Shown one piece after another: positions 43,024 to 48,817 of a DNA stretch of 48,817 bases; the stretch's first letter is position 1; every line of letters begins with the position of its first letter. The stretch is from assembly GCA_040758525.1 (NCBI GenBank), contig JBFLVQ010000002.1, positions 1-48,817 of the forward strand, in the 5' to 3' direction. Both the position numbers and the translations under genes were made by a program. The stretch comes from Acidobacteriota bacterium (lineage in GTDB: Bacteria > Acidobacteriota > Blastocatellia > Chloracidobacteriales > JADJPF01). The notes beneath the pieces are model-generated. The model searched no databases. It was not told where the DNA came from and worked only from the letters and a program-made list of their open reading frames with translations.

Positions 43024-46000
43024 TTAAAATGCTAGCTTCACAGCAAACTGGAATTGTCGTGGATCAAAGACTGCGGTGGCAGTGCTTCGGTAAGCTCCAT
43101 CAGAGAATTTAGTAAAACGGAAGTTACTGTTTACTGCAGAGACATTGACACGATTGAAGAGGTTGAATACTTCACCAATAAAACTGAGTTTCAACCTTTC
43201 TCCCATTGCTAGTGTGCGCGCCAATCGTAAATCTATTGAGGTGTATCCGGGCGTGAGTCCGGCATTACGACCTAATGTTCCTGTCTCTCCTAGCGCTGGC
43301 AGTAATAGGCGACCCGTACTTACATCTAGATTAGGCCGATCTGTAGATGAGAAATCGAAATTAGTATCAACCCCAGAAAGTATATTAAAGGGGCGACCGG
43401 ATGAAATTTCAACAATGGGCGAGATTATGAAATCGGCTAGCAGTCTTTTAATGCCGGTGTTTGACTGCTTGTAAGGGCTTTTAATCACCGCGCTCAATAC
43501 CAGACGATGACGCTGATCTAGATCGGATAGGCCACGATCATTGCCAGGCGAGAAGTTGTCTTGCGGGGTAATAAACTCTGTCATGTAGTCAATGGTCTTA
43601 CTAAAAGTATAGCTTACCAGGGTCTGGAAATTGTTTGAGAATCGTTTGGTCAAATTTAGTGAGAAGGCGTGATAGATAGAACTAGCGCTAGATTCTAGTG
43701 CCGTTACCGTTCCAAATGGAATAGGTCTGTCCGTCTTGATAAAGAGCGGGTTGGGACCGGAAGGGCGAAAGAAATTATTTGGCAGTGCGCTGCCGGTGAG
43801 CCCGCCAGTAGCTGCTACTAGCTTTGTATTGGGAGCATTTAGATCCCGCGTACGTGGCAGTTTCCGTCCCCCTGTGAATAGATAAGTAGCGCTAATAGTC
43901 AGATCCTTGCGTAGCTCACGTTCAATGGAGAAGTTAATCTGATTAGTATAGCCATAGACAAAATCACGACTGATCGGTAAGGTAGTAGGCAAGATAGAAC
44001 CATAACCAGGAAATGGTGCGCGAGGATCGAACCTTAGTTGATCTCTCAAGTAAAGGGAATTGCGATCCAGTCCTGGGGTTACTCCTGCTAGCAGTGTACC
44101 TTGGAATATCTGTGAGGCATTGAGCGGTTGATTGGGTAATGGCAGCCCCCCTACAGCAATAAATTGTGGTGATTGTACTCCATCAATGACATCCGAAAGG
44201 AAGGCAAAGAATAATGGGGGGTGATCAAAAAAGATCCCATAAGCAGCGCGTATAACCGTTTTTCTATCGCTATCAGGTGACCAAGCTATTGCCAAGCGAG
44301 GGGCAAAATTATTTTTATCTCGGGGAATCCCTTGCATAACATTGAGAAACTTTTCTGCCGCATCAATCTGTTCTGCAGATAAAGAGAGTTGATCGGTAGT
44401 AATTCCCACAGGTTGGTAGGTTGGAGTTAATTCCACATCATAACGTAATCCATAATTGATCGTAATATTAGGACGTAGCCTCCAGCTATCCTGAAGGTAA
44501 AATCCAAATGTTTTATTGATCACTTTGGATACTGAACGGCCAAAAGACTGAATATAGACCTGTGGGATTCCCAAGCCATATGCCTGAACTGGCGTTAATG
44601 GTGGAGAGTTTGCAAATAATGGATTAGTAAGGCTGAGATCAAATTCACCAAAATCGAATCTGCCGGCAAAGAAAGGTTCGGCACGCACTGGTGATAGTCG
44701 AACAATATTAATATCTGCGCCAAAATCGAATGTATGACTGTTTCTTGCAAACGTGAAGTTGTCCTTAAATTGATATCGCTTTTCTATTCGATCAACTGGT
44801 GAAAGCGGATCACTACCGAAAAAGGCAGTACCAGCAATATTGAGTGCAACATTTGGTGTAGAGGTAAATGAAGTGCCACGCCGTCCAAAGTTGAAAAGGA
44901 ATTCGTTAATTTTATTACTATCCAGTGCCTGTACTAGTTGAACAATGAGGGTAGTATCACGAGAGTTAGCTGTACCGGTGCGCGATACATCATTAAGGCC
45001 CAATATCTGCTGATTCTGTGAAGTCGATTGTATTCCCGTGGTTGTTATGGGCGTGAAGTTATAGCGTAACACCAGATTGGTGTTAGCCGTCAATTGTTGA
45101 TCTAGTCTGGCAGAATAAAAGCTAAACTTTTCCCTGATGGGATAAATATTCTCTACATTGGAAAGAACTCGAAAAGGAGCAGGTATCGGAACTGTCAGAC
45201 CAAAAGCAGAAAGACTAGAGAAGAATATTGGCCGGCCTGTGATCGGATCGATACCGGTTTTAGCTACTCCAGCGCCTGAAGTAGCAAGTTGGGAATAGAT
45301 CTGTCCCGACAAATTATCAGCATTTGCGGCAATGTAAGCGCGTTGTGCAGACGTTAAATCAAAACTAGTTGCATCTAAACCAATTGTGGAAAATCCTGAT
45401 TCTTGCCGACGCGTCTGTTCCAGAGACAAGAAGAAGAATGTCTTATCCTTTTTAATTGGTCCGCCCAAGGTGAATCCGTATTGACCTCGGGTAAAAGCAG
45501 GTTTTTCTTGAGAACCATCCGGCTGAAAAGCCAGCGCATTACGAGCTTGAATGGAACGATGACGGATAAAGCCAAAGACATTGCCATGAAAATCATTGGT
45601 TCCTGATTTGGTTACGATATTAACAACACCACCAGCCGTACGTCCAAATTGCGCACTAAAGCTATTGATGATTACCTGAAACTCCTGTACAGCTTCTTGG
45701 GATATCGTCGCACGAGCAGCATTGATGGAATTATCTATATTATCGGCGCCATCAATCTGGACAAGATTGGAACGCGCTGCTTGACCATTGAAATTAAGAC
45801 CAGTATTAGGCGCTGAGCCTATTAATGCTGAATTATCTCGATTCACTTGAGAGTTGGTAAGAGTAAAGTTGAGGAAGTTACGCCCATTGATCGGGAGGTT
45901 TTCAATCCTAAGAGAATCTATATTCTGGGTTACGGCAGTCTTAGAGATCTCTATTACCTCAATAGACTCTAGCGCATCAGTAGATTCATCCTGCAAAATT

Positions 46001-46365
46001 GAATCTGATGATGCTGCTTTTAATATCAGATTAAGTTCTCCATCCTGTCCCAATGTAAGTATTACATCACTGTTTATCAGGCTAGTAAAACCATTGGCAG
46101 TTACCATTAGCTGATATGTGCCTGGAGGGATTGAAAGAAACTTAAAAGTACCTTTTTCATCGGTGCTGGTCGTACGTTCAAAATTTCTCTGTGCATTCTT
46201 AAGTAAGACATTAGCTCCCTGAATTGCTTGACCGCTTTCATCCTTAATGACCCCTTTCAAGTTTGAGACAGTAGCTTGTGATTGTGCCAAAACTAAAATG
46301 GCTGCTAAATGCACAAATAGAGCTAGCAAAATTGCGCAAATTGCTAAACGATGTAAAGACTTCAT
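43024..46365 (-). CDS. TonB-dependent outer-membrane receptor with N-terminal carboxypeptidase-regulatory-like domain
   Basis: Signal peptide. CarboxypepD_reg pattern GVIKDESGQAIQGANV...GTFKFLSIPPGTYQL. Plug and long beta-barrel with a terminal ...AVKLAF. Confidence 0.9.
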   Translation of the reverse strand: MKSLHRLAICAILLALFVHLAAILVLAQSQATVSNLKGVIKDESGQAIQGANVLLKNAQRNFERTTSTDEKGTFKFLSIPPGTYQLMVTANGFTSLINSDVILTLGQDGELNLILKAASSDSILQDESTDALESIEVIEISKTAVTQNIDSLRIENLPINGRNFLNFTLTNSQVNRDNSALIGSAPNTGLNFNGQAARSNLVQIDGADNIDNSINAARATISQEAVQEFQVIINSFSAQFGRTAGGVVNIVTKSGTNDFHGNVFGFIRHRSIQARNALAFQPDGSQEKPAFTRGQYGFTLGGPIKKDKTFFFLSLEQTRRQESGFSTIGLDATSFDLTSAQRAYIAANADNLSGQIYSQLATSGAGVAKTGIDPITGRPIFFSSLSAFGLTVPIPAPFRVLSNVENIYPIREKFSFYSARLDQQLTANTNLVLRYNFTPITTTGIQSTSQNQQILGLNDVSRTGTANSRDTTLIVQLVQALDSNKINEFLFNFGRRGTSFTSTPNVALNIAGTAFFGSDPLSPVDRIEKRYQFKDNFTFARNSHTFDFGADINIVRLSPVRAEPFFAGRFDFGEFDLSLTNPLFANSPPLTPVQAYGLGIPQVYIQSFGRSVSKVINKTFGFYLQDSWRLRPNITINYGLRYDVELTPTYQPVGITTDQLSLSAEQIDAAEKFLNVMQGIPRDKNNFAPRLAIAWSPDSDRKTVIRAAYGIFFDHPPLFFAFLSDVIDGVQSPQFIAVGGLPLPNQPLNASQIFQGTLLAGVTPGLDRNSLYLRDQLRFDPRAPFPGYGSILPTTLPISRDFVYGYTNQINFSIERELRKDLTISATYLFTGGRKLPRTRDLNAPNTKLVAATGGLTGSALPNNFFRPSGPNPLFIKTDRPIPFGTVTALESSASSIYHAFSLNLTKRFSNNFQTLVSYTFSKTIDYMTEFITPQDNFSPGNDRGLSDLDQRHRLVLSAVIKSPYKQSNTGIKRLLADFIISPIVEISSGRPFNILSGVDTNFDFSSTDRPNLDVSTGRLLLPALGETGTLGRNAGLTPGYTSIDLRLARTLAMGERLKLSFIGEVFNLFNRVNVSAVNSNFRFTKFSDGAYRSTATAVFDPRQFQFAVKLAF

Positions 46366-46408
46366 AATCCCCCCTATCTGTCAGGTCAGGGCAAGTGGAT
46401 GGCTTGCC

Positions 46409-48388
46409 CTATTGTAAAGTCTGTATCTGTTCTTCAACTTGAAGCTCTGATCCTAGTAACATATTCATCTCAGCGCGGCTAAAACTATCATTAGTGAGAC
46501 GGAATACTCCCACTGCCGCTTCTTGGTGTTTAGATTCTGTTAAGACAGTTTTTCCTGTTAAAGCTAGTTGTTCGGATAGCTTGGCATTGCGCTCTGCTGC
46601 CATTCTCATATCCTGGGTTGCTTGCACAAGTTCTTTGGTAGAAGCAGCCTGCTCTTCGCTGGCTGCTTGTATCTCTTGAGTAATAAGATTTAGATGCTGA
46701 ATGGCTTGTAGTACCTGCTCGGTGCTGGCTGACTGCTCTATAATAACAGTGGCAATATCTTTGGTTGTCAAAGCAACATTGCCTACTACTACATCTATTT
46801 GACTGAGAGCATGGACTACCTTGTCAGACTGATTTAATCCCTCCATTACTAATTCGGTGGAGCGCTCCATTTGGGCGCTAGCCAGTTTCACACCCTTTTG
46901 TACATCACCAATTAATTTTGCTATCTCATCAGCCGACTGTGCAGTCCGTTCCGATAGTTTGCGTACTTCTTCAGCTACCACACCAAACCCTAATCCATGT
47001 GCGCCAGCACGAGCTGCTTCTATGGCAGCATTAAGGGCTAGCAGATTTGTCTGATCAGAGATATGGTTGATTACTTCTAGAATACGGCCTATTGCAACAG
47101 CATGTTCTCCTAGTCCATGTACAGTCTGTGCAGTTGTAACAATGGAACTATTAATCTGTTTAATACCACTAGCAGCATGTTCTACTGCCTGTTGGCCATC
47201 TTTTACCACATCGCGCGCAGTATCGGCGAGTTGAGATAATGCTTGAGTACTATGGGATATCTGTTGCATACGTGTGGCCATTTGCTGCATGGTTGCAGTT
47301 GTTTCTGTGATACTGCTTGATTGTGATTCCATATTTTTAGCGATCGAGGAGATATTCATCGATAGCTCTTCCAAAGCTACCGCCATATTTTGTACAACCC
47401 CAACCATACTCTCACTATCATGCTCTAACTGCTGACCAGAATCGGCTAGCTCCATTGAAATAGTCTTTATTCTTTCAGAACTAGCGCGTACCTTTGCCAC
47501 AATGCCATATAGTGAGCGCACCATTCCTGCTAGTGCGACTGCCAATGTATCATTGCCACTACGCGGTTTTACTATTAATCCCAGATCACCTTCAGCAATC
47601 TGTTCTATCGAGATGGTCAATTCTTGTAAGCCGGCTACTAAGCTATGAAATGCACGTAGTAGATCTCCTATTTCAGTCTTCTCTTGGCTACGCGCTAATG
47701 AAATATTGAGATTTCCTTCTGCCAGTGCCTGCGTCAAATATACAGTCTTTTTTAATGGGTTGGTGACGGTATAAACTATCAGTATTCCTACCACAATAGC
47801 TGCTATCAAGGCAAAGACTATTAAAATGTAGACCTGACTAGTAGTACTGCTGGCTACTTGTTGCGCTTGAGTGATATTAAAATTGGCTTTATTAATAGCT
47901 TGTTTAGATAAAAGTTTTAATATCTCTGTCTGTTCTTGGCTTACTCTATCAAGATCATCCAAGAGAATTTTAATTGCTGCTTCTGCCTGTCCTTTATCGA
48001 TCTCTCTATTAGCTTGGGCAGATAGTTGTCGAAAAGTCTCAATATTATTCTTCAATTTTTCCGTATTAATCTCGCCGCCACGGAGCAGACGATCTAGTTC
48101 GCTAATCTTATCTGTCATCTCTACATCTACTTTTTGGTATTGCTCACTATCGGCCTTGGTACCTAATAAAATCGCTTTAGTGAGAAAAGCCTGCTGCTTG
48201 GCGGCGGCCAGTTGTACTTCCAAAATAGTGACTGCTTGATGGTATTCAGTAGTGGTAGCTTGTTGATAAGCGGTCTGCGCTTGCCACATACCATAAGAGG
48301 TAATTATCCCTATACCTAGCAGCAATAGACCAATAATGGCAATGCCGCTGAATGTGCGTTGTTTCAATGTGAAGTTCTGCCATTTCAT
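46409..48388 (-). CDS. methyl-accepting chemotaxis protein
   Basis: Two TM helices flank a helical sensor domain, followed by HAMP. Conserved signalling hairpin [33 protein letters not shown]. Confidence 0.92.
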   Translation of the reverse strand: MKWQNFTLKQRTFSGIAIIGLLLLGIGIITSYGMWQAQTAYQQATTTEYHQAVTILEVQLAAAKQQAFLTKAILLGTKADSEQYQKVDVEMTDKISELDRLLRGGEINTEKLKNNIETFRQLSAQANREIDKGQAEAAIKILLDDLDRVSQEQTEILKLLSKQAINKANFNITQAQQVASSTTSQVYILIVFALIAAIVVGILIVYTVTNPLKKTVYLTQALAEGNLNISLARSQEKTEIGDLLRAFHSLVAGLQELTISIEQIAEGDLGLIVKPRSGNDTLAVALAGMVRSLYGIVAKVRASSERIKTISMELADSGQQLEHDSESMVGVVQNMAVALEELSMNISSIAKNMESQSSSITETTATMQQMATRMQQISHSTQALSQLADTARDVVKDGQQAVEHAASGIKQINSSIVTTAQTVHGLGEHAVAIGRILEVINHISDQTNLLALNAAIEAARAGAHGLGFGVVAEEVRKLSERTAQSADEIAKLIGDVQKGVKLASAQMERSTELVMEGLNQSDKVVHALSQIDVVVGNVALTTKDIATVIIEQSASTEQVLQAIQHLNLITQEIQAASEEQAASTKELVQATQDMRMAAERNAKLSEQLALTGKTVLTESKHQEAAVGVFRLTNDSFSRAEMNMLLGSELQVEEQIQTLQ

Positions 48389-48404
48389 AATTGCTCCTGT
48401 TACT

Positions 48405-48743
48405 TCACTCTTTGTCTAGATAGAACTTAAAGACAATATGACCCGTCATGCCACTGGAAGATTGGGAGAATACCCATTGTCTGGCGGCTTCTAGAGAGGC
48501 TGGTTTGAAGAGGACATTTCCTTCCAGAAACTCTACCTCAATAACTTTGCCTTCACTATTTACCTGTACACCGATATTCACTTTGCCCTGAATACGTCTG
48601 ACTTTGGCCAATGGCGGGTAGATAGGTGCTACCTTCTTGACCGCTTTGCCTTCCACATTTTCACTATAATCAGCAGCCCAACTTCTTGATACAAATGCCA
48701 GTAGCGCAAGCGTAAGCAAGAAAATTGTGCAGATCTTTCTCAT
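48405..48743 (-). CDS. secreted stand-alone TonB C-terminal domain protein
   Basis: Signal peptide ending SWA-AD. TonB_C pattern [37 protein letters not shown] 48743 follows GGAGGA. Confidence 0.75.
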   Translation of the reverse strand: MRKICTIFLLTLALLAFVSRSWAADYSENVEGKAVKKVAPIYPPLAKVRRIQGKVNIGVQVNSEGKVIEVEFLEGNVLFKPASLEAARQWVFSQSSSGMTGHIVFKFYLDKE

Positions 48744-48817
48744 TGTGTCCTCCAAAGTATTAGTTGGAGTAGAACCGCACATTTATAATTAATAAGACGA
48801 TAACTAAACTATATATA

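Noticed and set aside
1-48817. Search for CRISPR arrays, tRNA/rRNA/tmRNA genes, prophage, integrase or IS transposase genes.
   Set aside because: I saw no regularly spaced direct repeats, no cloverleaf-compatible segments in the short intergenic regions, and no recombinase-like ORFs. The only mobile-element-like signal is the 102-bp inverted-repeat element at 41779-41880.

Overview
48.8-kb chromosomal segment with about 41 supported protein-coding genes. I recognised no rRNA, tRNA, CRISPR array, integrase or transposase. It is most likely from an Acidobacteriota genome. That is an inference from a VWA protein with the TIGR03436-type 'VWFA-related acidobacterial' N-terminal domain, a CarboxypepD_reg-type giant TonB-dependent receptor, and GC that swings roughly 38-58% between hand-counted lines.

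Layout:
- 1-8.5 kb: queuosine-salvage fragment, mutL, and a surface-glycan cluster (GT2, PAPS sulfotransferase, YfhO-type GT-C, Wzx-like flippase).
- 8.4-12.2 kb: operon of ECF-type sigma, DUF4390 and an NtrY-like kinase, behind a good sigma-54 promoter match.
- 12.5-16.3 kb: DUF2934, VWA, PBP, ComF.
- 16.3-20.9 kb: conserved housekeeping operon rplU-rpmA-obg-nadD-rsfS-[sensor-less sigma-54 activator]-rlmH-dksA-like.
- 21-28 kb: YARHG lipoprotein, two divergent CapA paralogues, rsmE, thioredoxin-like/HxlR pair, GNAT, secreted M49-like peptidase.
- 28.3-43 kb: the most accessory-looking part. It holds a sigma-54-driven operon (receiver-fused GspE/PilB-type ATPase, solo LuxR HTH, hybrid kinase with 2 REC + Hpt). 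Next is a lower-GC Ser/Thr-kinase-STAND-TPR giant protein with a PP2C phosphatase. Then come a 1.2-kb AT-rich poorly coding gap and a TPP-enzyme + atypical KAS III cassette split by a 102-bp MITE-like element.
- 43-48.8 kb: operon of solo TonB-C protein, chemoreceptor and TonB-dependent receptor.

The best candidates for something undescribed are the orphan REC-GspE ATPase phosphorelay operon, the adjacent kinase-STAND/PP2C module, and the TPP/KAS III cassette. All functional statements come from motif recognition by eye. No database search was run.
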